Assembly (NCBI GenBank): GCA_020241125.1 | Contig: GCA_020241125.1_4708.1 | Source of the DNA: a phage | Direction: 5' to 3' (one strand) | DNA length: 64,000 bases | Shown: in pieces, positions 38,695 to 49,399 of the stretch | Layout: the number at the start of each line of letters is the position of its first letter | Numbering within the stretch: the first letter of the stretch is position 1 | Position numbers and translations under genes: made by a program | Notes under the pieces: model-generated | Told to the model about the DNA's origin: nothing | Database searches by the model: none | What the model saw: only the letters and a program-made list of their open reading frames with translations

Positions 38695-41688
38695 ATGAGC
38701 GTAACCAACAAAGATCTTGCTGAACAGCTCAATCGCTATATGCTTTCACCTATTGAAATGCAGGCTGTTGCAAGCGATATGATCCGTTTGGCCTCTGATG
38801 GCGAGTTAACCCTGGTTGACCCCAGCTGTCCGTTTGTTTATCTGCTGGAGGTTGCAACGGCAACGGCTGCGAACCAGAACGCACGAGATGAGTCCCGTGT
38901 TCGCGAACTGTATCCGAAGCTTGCAACCAACTGGAGCCAGCTCTATCGTTGGATGTATGATGAGTCGTACGTCGGACGTTTCGCAATGCCGGGTAAAACG
39001 GAAATCATTTATTCGTTAGGGTATCAGGAAATCCTCGATCGCGCTGTAGAGATTCCCAACACCATCGCCTCCGATGATTTGAGCCGTTCTTACAGCCGTA
39101 AGTTAGTGATACCACGTACGACAGCGTTTACGGTAGCCGGAATGGATTTCGGGTTACATTATCCCATCGAAATCCAAGTACAAGCGCACGACCAGATCCG
39201 CGTCGTTTATAACACCGATAACATCAGCCCATTGCAAACCTTGGAGAGTAACCAAGTTGAGTACGGGGTCGTTCGTGTAAAAGCGGGTAAAGTGTTGGTG
39301 ATGCGTATCCCGCTGTTCCAGTTTAAAACGCTGGTAAAAGATGTGCCGTTTAACAGCGTTCACGGGATGAACAGCAGTATTACCTTCGAAGATCAGTTTT
39401 ACCATTGTCGTGCGTATATGTCGTCGGATAACGATACCTGGACGGAGATAGCGACAACGCACAGTCAACAGATCTACGATCCGTTAACACCAACCATCGC
39501 GTTACAAGTAGAAGGGAACAAACTTAACTGGCGTGTTCCTGAAATTTATTTGTCTCAAGGTACGATGGATAAAAGCACCATTCGACTTGAGGTGTTGACG
39601 ACGAAAGGGAAAATCAGCGTCGACCCGTCTGATTACGACGTGACCGACTGGAAAGATAATTACATCGATTTGTCACCAAAAGCCGAACAGAAATACAGTG
39701 CGCCGCTAAGTGCATTCAACATTAAAGGGATTTATAGCGAGGGGGCGTTGTCTGGTGGGCGATCCGCGTTAACGTTCGAGGAACAACGTGAACGCGTTAT
39801 GGCGGGAGTGAACAAAACCAAGGTACCAATCACAGGAACGCAGGTCGAGCTGGTGCTTCAAGATGCGGGTTATGGGATGGTGACCACCATCGACAACGTA
39901 ACCAATCGTTCGTTCCTGGCAACCCGAGATTTACCGCAATTGAGCGACAGCGTGCCGCAAGCCGGTTCGTTGATGGGGTCTTTCTATACGTCAGCTGCAG
40001 CATTGGTGAAAAGTAAGTTTGTCGCTGATAACGGCGACAGTATTACGATTAAACCTGATTGCTTGTATCGTGACAGTAACGGAAGTATCACGCTGTTGTC
40101 AGACGATGAAATTGACCGTATTAATGCAGGTGACTCTGATGCGAAGTTGAACGCGGTAAACAACGCCATGTTGTTCTACAGTCCGTTTCATTACGTATTA
40201 GATGCGACAAGCGATTTCGACATCCATGCTTATTACCTGGATGCCCCTAAGATCGGCACACAAGCCTTCCTCGACGCGAACGAGACAATCCCGTTAACCG
40301 CTATGGTGACCGGATACCGTCTGGATCGTATCGCCGAAGGATATCGTCTAAGCCTCATTGTAGAAGGTAACGACGCATGGAAAGCGCTCGACGATAAAAA
40401 CGTGCACATCCAGCTGGGGTTCAATCCGCGTGGTGAGGGTGATTACGCAACGATGTTAGCATCGCCTACAACCGATGAACAAGGTCGTCGTTTGTTCACT
40501 TTCGATATCACCACGAATTATGATTTTACGCGAATCCTGGCCGATGATTCCACGGCGTATGAACCATATATCGCATTGACTTCGTTCTCGATGTATGAAT
40601 CGACACCGCGGGATTATTGGGCATCACTGCAGCAGTATTTGGAAATATTCCATGTGGTGACGGATTACGCACCGGAAGATGTCGACGGTATTTTACACAG
40701 CGCTTCCGATAATTACCTGGTTAAGAAACTCACGCTTCAAAATGGGTATTGTTTCTACCGTGAACGTCTCACCGCAACCTTTGGTTATGATCTGGATGGT
40801 CTTTGGATGCGTTCTCGTACGGTAGCCTCGGAGATCACGTATAAACGTTACACCGAGAACATTCCGTGGGTGTATGATGAAGATATCCCAGCGACGGATG
40901 AGACCGGTTCTGTTATCATTGAGCAAGGCGATGATGGTACGTTGTCGGTTAAATATCTGCATCGTAAAGGAGATCCGAAATTAAACAGTGATGGAAGCCA
41001 AGCCTATCGTTACCTGAAAGGCGACATCATGAAAGATAATTACGGTAATCCGATCCCCGTCGATGAACGTGAGGTTCTGCGTAACCTGGACATGTTCTTT
41101 ATTGATGCGTCGTATCTGTTAGCGAACGATACAGACGTGATTGAGTACCGTAATGCGATTCCTACGCAGCTTATCGAATGGATCCAGAACGATATCGACA
41201 CGTTCAGGAATTTCTGTTATGAAGAAACAGAGATTTCACTGTATCCTAAGCAATCGCTGGGGTATGTGGATGTTATTGTGGAAAACGGATTGGAAACGAC
41301 GCTTCCTGCTGCCTTATCGTTCAACGTGACACTGTACTTACCAGCTAAGCAATACGCCGACCTGGATTTACGTCAAGTCCTTCAAGCGATGGTGTCGAAA
41401 GTCATCAATGAATGCTTGACATCCCGTACGGTGGCTAAAGCAGAAATGATCGCGATGATTCGTGAGGAGGGCGGTGACGACATCCTTAACGTTGAAATCG
41501 ATGATTTTGGACCAGGTAAGAACCTCAGTGTTTATACCGCGAAGAACGACGGTGTTCGTTGTGCGGTGAAGAAAGAGCTTTATGTGAAAGCGGATGGTAT
41601 CTTGTCCGTACGTGAAGCGATCGATGTAAGTTTTGTGAAACACGCACAAAGCAACAGTTCAGCGCTAGCGCAAGGCCTTCGTGTCTAA
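38695..41688 (+). CDS. large hypothetical virion-type protein (997 aa)
   Basis: Long ORF 3 nt after upstream stop. Confidence 0.85.
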   Translation: MSVTNKDLAEQLNRYMLSPIEMQAVASDMIRLASDGELTLVDPSCPFVYLLEVATATAANQNARDESRVRELYPKLATNWSQLYRWMYDESYVGRFAMPGKTEIIYSLGYQEILDRAVEIPNTIASDDLSRSYSRKLVIPRTTAFTVAGMDFGLHYPIEIQVQAHDQIRVVYNTDNISPLQTLESNQVEYGVVRVKAGKVLVMRIPLFQFKTLVKDVPFNSVHGMNSSITFEDQFYHCRAYMSSDNDTWTEIATTHSQQIYDPLTPTIALQVEGNKLNWRVPEIYLSQGTMDKSTIRLEVLTTKGKISVDPSDYDVTDWKDNYIDLSPKAEQKYSAPLSAFNIKGIYSEGALSGGRSALTFEEQRERVMAGVNKTKVPITGTQVELVLQDAGYGMVTTIDNVTNRSFLATRDLPQLSDSVPQAGSLMGSFYTSAAALVKSKFVADNGDSITIKPDCLYRDSNGSITLLSDDEIDRINAGDSDAKLNAVNNAMLFYSPFHYVLDATSDFDIHAYYLDAPKIGTQAFLDANETIPLTAMVTGYRLDRIAEGYRLSLIVEGNDAWKALDDKNVHIQLGFNPRGEGDYATMLASPTTDEQGRRLFTFDITTNYDFTRILADDSTAYEPYIALTSFSMYESTPRDYWASLQQYLEIFHVVTDYAPEDVDGILHSASDNYLVKKLTLQNGYCFYRERLTATFGYDLDGLWMRSRTVASEITYKRYTENIPWVYDEDIPATDETGSVIIEQGDDGTLSVKYLHRKGDPKLNSDGSQAYRYLKGDIMKDNYGNPIPVDEREVLRNLDMFFIDASYLLANDTDVIEYRNAIPTQLIEWIQNDIDTFRNFCYEETEISLYPKQSLGYVDVIVENGLETTLPAALSFNVTLYLPAKQYADLDLRQVLQAMVSKVINECLTSRTVAKAEMIAMIREEGGDDILNVEIDDFGPGKNLSVYTAKNDGVRCAVKKELYVKADGILSVREAIDVSFVKHAQSNSSALAQGLRV

Positions 41689-41702
41689 AACAAAATAGCA
41701 TG

Positions 41703-41748
41703 AGCATAACCCTCCTCCAACCCAACAGGGAAGGAGGAGGGAATATGC
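41703..41748. terminator. GC-rich palindromic hairpin family member between convergent genes
   Basis: CCCTCCTCCAACCCAACAGGGAAGGAGGAGGG. Confidence 0.5.
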
Positions 41749-41750
41749 TG

Positions 41751-44543
41751 TTATCTTACGTTAGTGTTATTCTGTTGTTCACTGAACCAACCATACACCT
41801 TGAGATCGGTACCGTATCTCAGTGCGATATACGCATTCAGCGCAGCACAGAACAAAGACGCGAATGCCCATATCAGCGAAGGATCAACATCTTCCGTTAC
41901 CACTGGGAGAGTATTATCCGGTTCCCATGATGGTGAACTGTCCATGAACGTTGCGTACCATCCCCGCCGTTGTTCTTCAGTGGTAAAGTCGCTATGAGGT
42001 TCCAACGCTTCTTTTGCCAGACGTCGATATTCGAACATATGCGTTGCTAAAGCCGATGAGTTACCAGATTCGCCTTCATAGTTCGGATCCACCGCATAAC
42101 AGAGTTCTGTTGAATCTAACAAAGCAACCGCCTGTGTGATGCTGTCGGCAGTACCTGCACCATAGAGCTCGATAGACCGCGAAAGCTTCTCACAGAACGC
42201 ATTTAACGCGGAAGGATTGGACACCTGAAGGTCAAGGCCTAATGTCCACGGATAGTTACTGAATACACCCGTAAACCGCGGCATAACACCCAACAGATGT
42301 TGTCCGATTACAGCACGGTTATAAACAGCCCTGTTATAGACTTGAAACGCAGCCTCCAGGGCTTGGTTATAATGACGACGAAGTTCGTCACGCGAGTTGC
42401 GGAATCTGTTTGCCGCAAGACTCGTGGCTGCGACGCTACAAACATCGTAATTGGTGGACGAGAGCACAACTTCGTTAAGATCGAACGCTTCCTGTTTCAA
42501 TGTTCCGCTAACAGCCGCTGCTTCGCTGTTCGCTTTATCGACAACTGTACTCAAAGCGTTAATATAACGTTTAGCTCGGACTTCCAACCATTGTGCGATA
42601 CCGAGAATATCCACCGCAGCTTTAGCAAGATCGCGTGCGTTCACGATTTCGTTCTTCAAAGCCCCTAAACCTTTATTTTCAGGCGATGAGGCTTGTTGAC
42701 GAATCATGCTGTTTAACATGGTAAGCAGATTATCCAGCTCATGTCCGCTGACCTTGTTGCGCGCATCGGTAATCGGCCCTTGCAGGAATTTACGGCAACC
42801 ATCGTTGTATCGAATCAGTTTATCCACATCGATAGATTCGTTCGTGGATTCCTTGAACTGATCCTTCAATTCTTCACGGTAGTCATGGATTTCACTTGCG
42901 AGATTATCGATAGTGATACCGTTATGTCCAAGAAGAACTTTATTGAAGTTACCTTTCTCGAATGCCAGAGCAAGACCTTCACGAATCTTAGCGAGTTTAT
43001 CCTGATCGAGTTCACGACCGTTCGATAGCTCTTTCACTTCCGAGCTGATTAATGCCGAAACGTTACCCAGATTGTCGGTAACCCCTTTGAACGCTCCCGA
43101 CCAGATCGTTCCTGCTTCAGCATATTTCGCAATGGTCTGAATACCGACGGTGTGCAGCGACGCTAAACGTTTCTTCGTGCCTTCGGTAAGCAGAGCGTCT
43201 TTAGCTCGCGTAAGCTGACTGTTATTAGCTTCCGCCTGCTGAATCGCTGCTTTCGCACTTCCATTACGCCAGCTCTTAACTAACCAATCAACCAAACGTT
43301 TTAGGATATTGACGGTGTATTCCATTGTCCGCCGTAACGTTTCCCACGCGCTTTCTGCGGTATAGATGCCGTACCCTTCCATCTTCGTTGGGTCAAAGAA
43401 ACCTTCCTGCACGAGATCGATACGTGTGTAGCCATCAGCAGCTTCTACTTCCGCCTGGGTTTTATCCCAGAAGTCGTCGCTCTTTGCAGCAATCGCTGTA
43501 TCTTTAACGTCCAGGATGATCTGACCAACCGTTTGTGCAAACAGCAAGGCCGCACGTACCGATTGTGCGAACATCCGCTGATATTTGATTCGAACGCATT
43601 GCATCTGGGTTAGCAGATTCAGTTGTGCGATCCCATCCAAGGTGCTATCCTGAGCAAGCCCTTCGGCTTTAGCGATAACCTGTTTTACACGTTCAGCGAC
43701 ATCACCGTACTGCTGGCAAACATCCCGCAGAATACGTGTTGCGAAGACCCCGGTACCGATATAGTTCAATAGGTCTTTTAACGACCATTCGGTCGGACAA
43801 TCGGTCGGCGCAATAGGGAGTAAGCAACCATCACCGTCCATGAATCTCTCTAATGCGCTAATATCCTGATTTTCTACGCTCATGGGGATATCGACATCAG
43901 CCGCTTGCAGATCCAGCATCTGTTGTAGGATGTTGGTATCGGCTTGTACAAGCGTCGCAAGCGCTTGGCTGTGTGCGATTATTGGTAACGCAGGCGACCA
44001 TACTGCAGCAAGCTTGTCGGCGTGACGTTGAATGGCATACCCCATATCCTCGATCACATCGGGATGCTCGATAACCCCCTGAAGCGTTTGATGTAGCTCA
44101 CCGAGTTGCTGAGACAGATCGACCATCATGGTGTTGAAGGTTTCGCCATCCTCTTTGTGGTTGTCCAGACGCTCGAGTTCATGTCGAAGCAATATGACGA
44201 GCTGTCCGTTGCCTTCTTGCTTCAGCTTGCTTTCCATTAACGTAATGGCTTTATCGACGATCTGGCACGCTTCACGAAAACCGGTTGTGGAAGGAAGCTC
44301 TGTCCATAACGCCAGCGGTTTACCGTCAAGGGCTTCCGGCATCGATAACGAAAGCATAGACAGTTGTTGACGTGATACTTGCTGTTCACAGTGTAATGTT
44401 TCTTTTAACGCCAGGAGATCGTCAAGAAACGCGCCGTTAAGGGTGGTCGTACGCGGTGTTGAATTAATACCGTCAGTTAACGATTCAAGCACCAGGAGAC
44501 CGTTATCAGCTGAAGAGAGTCCCGCGGCAAGATATTTGTTCAT
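41751..44543 (-). CDS. large hypothetical alpha-helical protein (930 aa)
   Basis: Long ORF; GGAG SD. Confidence 0.85.
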   Translation of the reverse strand: MNKYLAAGLSSADNGLLVLESLTDGINSTPRTTTLNGAFLDDLLALKETLHCEQQVSRQQLSMLSLSMPEALDGKPLALWTELPSTTGFREACQIVDKAITLMESKLKQEGNGQLVILLRHELERLDNHKEDGETFNTMMVDLSQQLGELHQTLQGVIEHPDVIEDMGYAIQRHADKLAAVWSPALPIIAHSQALATLVQADTNILQQMLDLQAADVDIPMSVENQDISALERFMDGDGCLLPIAPTDCPTEWSLKDLLNYIGTGVFATRILRDVCQQYGDVAERVKQVIAKAEGLAQDSTLDGIAQLNLLTQMQCVRIKYQRMFAQSVRAALLFAQTVGQIILDVKDTAIAAKSDDFWDKTQAEVEAADGYTRIDLVQEGFFDPTKMEGYGIYTAESAWETLRRTMEYTVNILKRLVDWLVKSWRNGSAKAAIQQAEANNSQLTRAKDALLTEGTKKRLASLHTVGIQTIAKYAEAGTIWSGAFKGVTDNLGNVSALISSEVKELSNGRELDQDKLAKIREGLALAFEKGNFNKVLLGHNGITIDNLASEIHDYREELKDQFKESTNESIDVDKLIRYNDGCRKFLQGPITDARNKVSGHELDNLLTMLNSMIRQQASSPENKGLGALKNEIVNARDLAKAAVDILGIAQWLEVRAKRYINALSTVVDKANSEAAAVSGTLKQEAFDLNEVVLSSTNYDVCSVAATSLAANRFRNSRDELRRHYNQALEAAFQVYNRAVYNRAVIGQHLLGVMPRFTGVFSNYPWTLGLDLQVSNPSALNAFCEKLSRSIELYGAGTADSITQAVALLDSTELCYAVDPNYEGESGNSSALATHMFEYRRLAKEALEPHSDFTTEEQRRGWYATFMDSSPSWEPDNTLPVVTEDVDPSLIWAFASLFCAALNAYIALRYGTDLKVYGWFSEQQNNTNVR

Positions 44544-44558
44544 AAAACACTCCGTTGG

Positions 44559-44589
44559 CCTAGGGGAAGGTTTTCAGCCTTCCCCTAGG
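44559..44589 (-). terminator. intercistronic perfect 12-bp hairpin (distinct sequence)
   Basis: CCTAGGGGAAGG-TTTTCAG-CCTTCCCCTAGG between 44603 stop and 44543 start. Confidence 0.45.
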
Positions 44590-44602
44590 GTTATAAACAC
44601 AA

Positions 44603-47398
44603 TTAAGCTAATTTACCGAAACCGGCTTTCTGCAGTTTCTCGTTGATGATTTTCGCTTCAGCGAAGACGTAATCGCGGTAGGCGGTCACTAACGCATCCA
44701 CACGTGAACGCAAGGCTTCTTCGAAGCTATACCACGCTGCGATTTCACGAATCTGTGCGTTGATATAATCAACGGTTGAGCGAAGCTCGGTTGCGTTTTC
44801 TTGCGGAACGGCTTTCACCTGGCGAGCAACGTCATTTAAACGGCGGAACTGTGTTTCGATTTCTTTAAACTTACTGTCGGCAAGTTTGCTGAATTCGTCA
44901 CCAGAACGGGTAAATAACAGATAGCTGTTGCCGTCAAGTGCGGTCGCTAACTGCTGAAGTACGTTGGTGTCCGGATACACAGGAGTACCGCTTTGCAGTA
45001 CTTTCTCACCGAATTCCGCGAAGTCCTTCGGTGGTAAGTGTGCAGACGTTGTCAATTCGTTGAAACGGAAAGTCAGCGAATTATCATACAGCATCCGGTA
45101 CGCTTCCATACCCTGTTTCATGGTACCGGCCAGGTTAGCCAGACGCGGAGCAATCTCGCCTTCTTTAGCGCGTTTCTGGTCTTCTAACGCCCCTTCGAGT
45201 TCTTTACACTGGTCGTTCAGATACACGATACGATCAGGACGTAGACGACGCATCTCACGAAGAATAGTATCCAGCTTACCTTCCTGGAAATAACCCAACG
45301 TTAAAGACGTACACGCTTGCTGAAGACGATCGAACACCGGTAAGGTTACCATCTCCTTACGGATACCATCAACAATCGCAGAAACAGCCGAAAGTTTCTG
45401 TTCTGTAGTCAATGGAACATCAGAGGCCGACTTGCTGGGTGCACCAACAACGTTACGCATTGCGTCGGTATCCTCGGTTTTATCAACCTCTTTACGAACA
45501 TGCTCATCAGGAACATAAACGTTCGCGTTACGTTTCGCCTGCTTGATGGCGTCGTTGGCCGCTTTTTCGGTGGCCGCTACGCTATCGGCACGTTTCTTCA
45601 AGAGTTCAATAATCCAGAGCAACAGACGACGAATCGCAGTGTAGGCTGTCGTGATGATGACACCGATAACAGCCATCTTCATGATACCGAACGATTCCAT
45701 GGTCGGCTCTAACGCTTGGTCTGGCATATACCGTTCACGCAGCTCCAGATAGATCTGCTCATCTGGTTTGCTGACCTCACCACGATGCGAAGTCCGATAA
45801 ATGGCTTCGTCAATCTCAACAAGATCTTTGCGTGCCTGACGGTCAGATTCTGTTAGGTAAGCACAACCGGATACGTCGTCTTCGAAGCTTAAGAATTTGA
45901 AAAAGTCACTGACGTCGATCTTGATCTTCTTCGCTTCATTATCGACATCGATAACATCTTTTTTCTGTGCCTGATATTCCGCTTTGATGTCGTTCACCGG
46001 CTTCAACGCACGTTCTTTTAATACCTGCACGATCTGTTTCCAGTCGGCGTCACGCTCAAGAACAAGGAAGTAATTCTTGAGTTCAAAAGCACGGTAACGC
46101 GCAACGAGTTGTTCTACCTGAATATGAGCGAGTTGCACATCCATCAGCCAACGCGACATTGCTGAGATCAAACGGCTATAAGCAAGCAATGTCTGATATG
46201 TTAGCTTCATGTGCTTTTCGTACAGCTCAATATCGCCGTCTTGAATATCAGCCGTTGGGTTCATTTCCTTCGTTGCTTTGAAGATCTGTTCGGCCTCATT
46301 TAACGTTTGTTCGAATTTGACTTCATTAAACGTGTCAAACGGTTCAGCCAACTCCATCATTCGATCGTGAAGCTCACGAACCCAGGCTTCCTTATTGTTG
46401 CGAATAGCTGCGTCATCGTGAAGTTCAGTTTGATGTTTCTGTACCCATTCTTCGACGATATCAGCGGCGGCAACAATTCCTGTACCATCGGAAACTAACG
46501 GAACAACTCCAGCAAGTACGCCTACACACGCCGGGGTTTTCCAATAATCGTTCAAAGCGTTTCTGAATTCAACGATGGATTGTACGTTTGGTACCGTATC
46601 CAAAAACGTACTGCCGTTACGGCTCATTGTCGTTACGATATCAGCGAATTCCTTCTGCTTAGCGGTAACAAAAGGAACCAGGACCATAAGCCATTCAGCA
46701 ACCGACTTCGCTTTCTCTTTCAGATTTTTGTCAGCGATTTCCTTAAGGTTTATCGCACCACCGTAACCTGCAAGCTCTTTATATACGTCGCTAAGGGTCA
46801 TCTGTTTATCCAACATTTCTTTGAAACGTGGGTAATCAGCACCTAACGCATCGACAATATCGTTGATTACGTCATCAGTTGTTGCGATAAACTTCTTCGT
46901 ATCAACGTTTGAATATTTCCAGACGTATCGTACTGCTTTCTTGATTCCTGCAAAGATAAACGCCCAGATACGCTTGATGAGTTCCCAGACTTTCTTCGCG
47001 CCATCGACAAACAGTTTAGAGACCTTGGCAACGAATCCTTCCTGCACCAATTCAACGCCGTTACGTGATGGGATTTCCGTGAAGAAAGCATCCGGCAGTT
47101 GTTTCGGGAATGCGTCACCAAGACGCATACGCAGTTCCGGTACATCAGCACGAGAAATACCGCGTGTTACTAATTGTTCGTGAAGACGAACGTTTTCTTC
47201 ACCAGAGGTCACGAATTCGTCAACATCGAAGGAGACCATTGTTTCCTGATCTTCGGTGGTAACGACGCTTGAACCATCACTGGTTTGGATGTCTTCGTCA
47301 GGGAATGCCATGAGCATACCGTGACGCATTTCAACCACCCCGTAATCGGTTGCTAAACCGAATTCGTTGTGGTCTGGGGTAATAACTGGGATACTCAT
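44603..47398 (-). CDS. large hypothetical protein with internal hydrophobic helix (931 aa)
   Basis: Long ORF; hydrophobic segment MKMAVIGVIITTAYTAIRRLLLWIIELL. Confidence 0.85.
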   Translation of the reverse strand: MSIPVITPDHNEFGLATDYGVVEMRHGMLMAFPDEDIQTSDGSSVVTTEDQETMVSFDVDEFVTSGEENVRLHEQLVTRGISRADVPELRMRLGDAFPKQLPDAFFTEIPSRNGVELVQEGFVAKVSKLFVDGAKKVWELIKRIWAFIFAGIKKAVRYVWKYSNVDTKKFIATTDDVINDIVDALGADYPRFKEMLDKQMTLSDVYKELAGYGGAINLKEIADKNLKEKAKSVAEWLMVLVPFVTAKQKEFADIVTTMSRNGSTFLDTVPNVQSIVEFRNALNDYWKTPACVGVLAGVVPLVSDGTGIVAAADIVEEWVQKHQTELHDDAAIRNNKEAWVRELHDRMMELAEPFDTFNEVKFEQTLNEAEQIFKATKEMNPTADIQDGDIELYEKHMKLTYQTLLAYSRLISAMSRWLMDVQLAHIQVEQLVARYRAFELKNYFLVLERDADWKQIVQVLKERALKPVNDIKAEYQAQKKDVIDVDNEAKKIKIDVSDFFKFLSFEDDVSGCAYLTESDRQARKDLVEIDEAIYRTSHRGEVSKPDEQIYLELRERYMPDQALEPTMESFGIMKMAVIGVIITTAYTAIRRLLLWIIELLKKRADSVAATEKAANDAIKQAKRNANVYVPDEHVRKEVDKTEDTDAMRNVVGAPSKSASDVPLTTEQKLSAVSAIVDGIRKEMVTLPVFDRLQQACTSLTLGYFQEGKLDTILREMRRLRPDRIVYLNDQCKELEGALEDQKRAKEGEIAPRLANLAGTMKQGMEAYRMLYDNSLTFRFNELTTSAHLPPKDFAEFGEKVLQSGTPVYPDTNVLQQLATALDGNSYLLFTRSGDEFSKLADSKFKEIETQFRRLNDVARQVKAVPQENATELRSTVDYINAQIREIAAWYSFEEALRSRVDALVTAYRDYVFAEAKIINEKLQKAGFGKLA

Positions 47399-47835
47399 GC
47401 ATTCTCTCCTTGCAGTGCGTTAGCGAAAGCCGTTGCGAGTTGCGCAACCAGCTTAGGATCAACACCTTCGATAACGTCGGGCAGCCCTGCGGTTTCTTGG
47501 TCACGAACGGCGGAGGCTAATAACAGCATGGTTTCAGGTGCGGTCGGCTCATGCACCATGCGGTAACGCAGGCACCAGAAGTAGCGGGCAACGTCTAACG
47601 CATCGGCCAGCCCAATAACCAGTACCTTGTTCAGCTTATCCAGCCCTTCACGGATTTTAGGGAGATGTTCGCGAACGAAAATGCTATCTGCGGTCAGATC
47701 TTCTTTTTCAGCGAATACGGGCATGCTGTAACCAGCGATATAACCTGCGGCAATACTTAGCGCACGGGTCTGTTGTTCGGCTGGGAAATCACGTACCAGG
47801 TCTTTCAGCTGAACGGCGAAATCAGAAATATTCAT
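47395..47835 (-). CDS. hypothetical protein (146 aa)
   Basis: ORF; 4-nt overlap with upstream gene. Confidence 0.65.
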   Translation of the reverse strand: MNISDFAVQLKDLVRDFPAEQQTRALSIAAGYIAGYSMPVFAEKEDLTADSIFVREHLPKIREGLDKLNKVLVIGLADALDVARYFWCLRYRMVHEPTAPETMLLLASAVRDQETAGLPDVIEGVDPKLVAQLATAFANALQGENA

Positions 47836-47867
47836 GTTAAATTCCTTTATAGTAAAAATAGAAGAGA

Positions 47868-49178
47868 TTAGGCGATAATGGAGTCAAGAGTCGCTGCGGT
47901 TTTGAACAGATCGCTGTTCATTGTAGAAGAAAGGACTTGCTGAATTTCTTCCTGTTTAACCGCTTTACGAACCCCAGGACGAAGGATAAGCGTAACCATC
48001 TGTGAAAAGGTACGATTATTGTTCATCGCACTCAGCGTTTCATCGATTGTTTTGATGGCATCCAGCGTCATGGAACGAACATCGCTTGGGATATCACGAT
48101 CTTTCAAGCGTATAATTAAATCTTGTTTGATTTTACGGAATCGTTCCATGTCGTTATCGTAAATGCTGTATGTCGGATCTAACCAAACAGAAAGCGCGGT
48201 TACAGCGACAACAACCAACACGCCGATAGCACCAACAGAAGCTAAACCTATCGCCATCATAGAAGCTATAGTAGCATCCATGATGAAGGAGAGCCAGAAC
48301 ATCGTTTTGGACTTCACGGAGTCTTTGCTATAAAGCCGATACATTTTAGCAAGCCCGCTAACGAGATACTCCCCACCGCCATGACGCGTAGCGAACTGAT
48401 CAGCCATGAATTCGGAAGCAACGTCGGTATATCGTCCAGCGTTGTTTACGTTTCTTAACTGCATCGCTCTGTTAGACACGTAAACCGTGTACCAGACACT
48501 ACCGTCGTCTGAATCACTGATTTTGTCTACGTCGACGTTGGTATCCAACGTTTTGTTTAACGCTTTCGCCAGTTCGATACGTTTTACCTTATCGGTTGTC
48601 CCCAACAGTTCACGCTGTACGGTCATGATTGAGGCTTCGACACGAACCGTTTCCGACAATGTTTCAAGGAAGGTAAATGCGTGCCCGATTTCATGCAGCA
48701 TTATGGCTGCTTTTTCTTCCGGAAGAAAGGGTTCTGTCGCCGTTAGCAGTTCATACGTGATGGCAGAACGAATCTTCAATTCTTCAAAAATACCGTAAAC
48801 ACGACCTTTTTCTAAATCGACGTAACCGACAGGTGTATCTTTAATCTTCTTAAGGAGCGTAACACCATCAGCACCGCGCATCCATAACCGATGATAGTCT
48901 GCCAGGATTGTGTTGTTTGTCGAAATATCCGGCGGGTACACGTAGGCATTCATCCGGCCCATTTTCACGTCGACCGAGAATTCGATGTTCAACCCCGTAT
49001 AGCGTTTAACCATCTCGGTTAAACGACCGTCCTTGAAAACGTTTAAAACCTCTTTTTTATCCAGTCCCTGTTTGCTTCTGAAGAACTCGGTCATTTCCTT
49101 GAACAAGGAACCATCTTGAAACTTGATGGCCTCCATCGTTAATTCGTCATGACCATACACGCGTTGTAGTAATGACAT
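47868..49178 (-). CDS. putative membrane-associated HExxH zinc metallopeptidase, possibly M48/HtpX-like (436 aa)
   Basis: HEIGH motif (AAIMLHEIGHAF); candidate third-ligand Glu ~85 aa later (SEFMADQ); hydrophobic stretch FWLSFIMDATIASMMAIGLASVGAIGVLVVVAVTALSVWL. Confidence 0.6.
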   Translation of the reverse strand: MSLLQRVYGHDELTMEAIKFQDGSLFKEMTEFFRSKQGLDKKEVLNVFKDGRLTEMVKRYTGLNIEFSVDVKMGRMNAYVYPPDISTNNTILADYHRLWMRGADGVTLLKKIKDTPVGYVDLEKGRVYGIFEELKIRSAITYELLTATEPFLPEEKAAIMLHEIGHAFTFLETLSETVRVEASIMTVQRELLGTTDKVKRIELAKALNKTLDTNVDVDKISDSDDGSVWYTVYVSNRAMQLRNVNNAGRYTDVASEFMADQFATRHGGGEYLVSGLAKMYRLYSKDSVKSKTMFWLSFIMDATIASMMAIGLASVGAIGVLVVVAVTALSVWLDPTYSIYDNDMERFRKIKQDLIIRLKDRDIPSDVRSMTLDAIKTIDETLSAMNNNRTFSQMVTLILRPGVRKAVKQEEIQQVLSSTMNSDLFKTAATLDSIIA

Positions 49179-49399
49179 TGTACACTCTCTAAATTTACGT
49201 AAATTTAAGGGTTCATGGATCGGCTGGCCGCACCAATCACAATGTGTCCGCTGCTATGCAACGGCATTCATAGAAATACCTTTTGACGGTAACATCACCG
49301 TTCATACCCCAAGCAATAAGAGTGGTCGGTTAAAAACAACAGAACGTGAGGATGATATAGAAAATCACCTTTTAACACTTATTACGAGTTTATCAAGCC

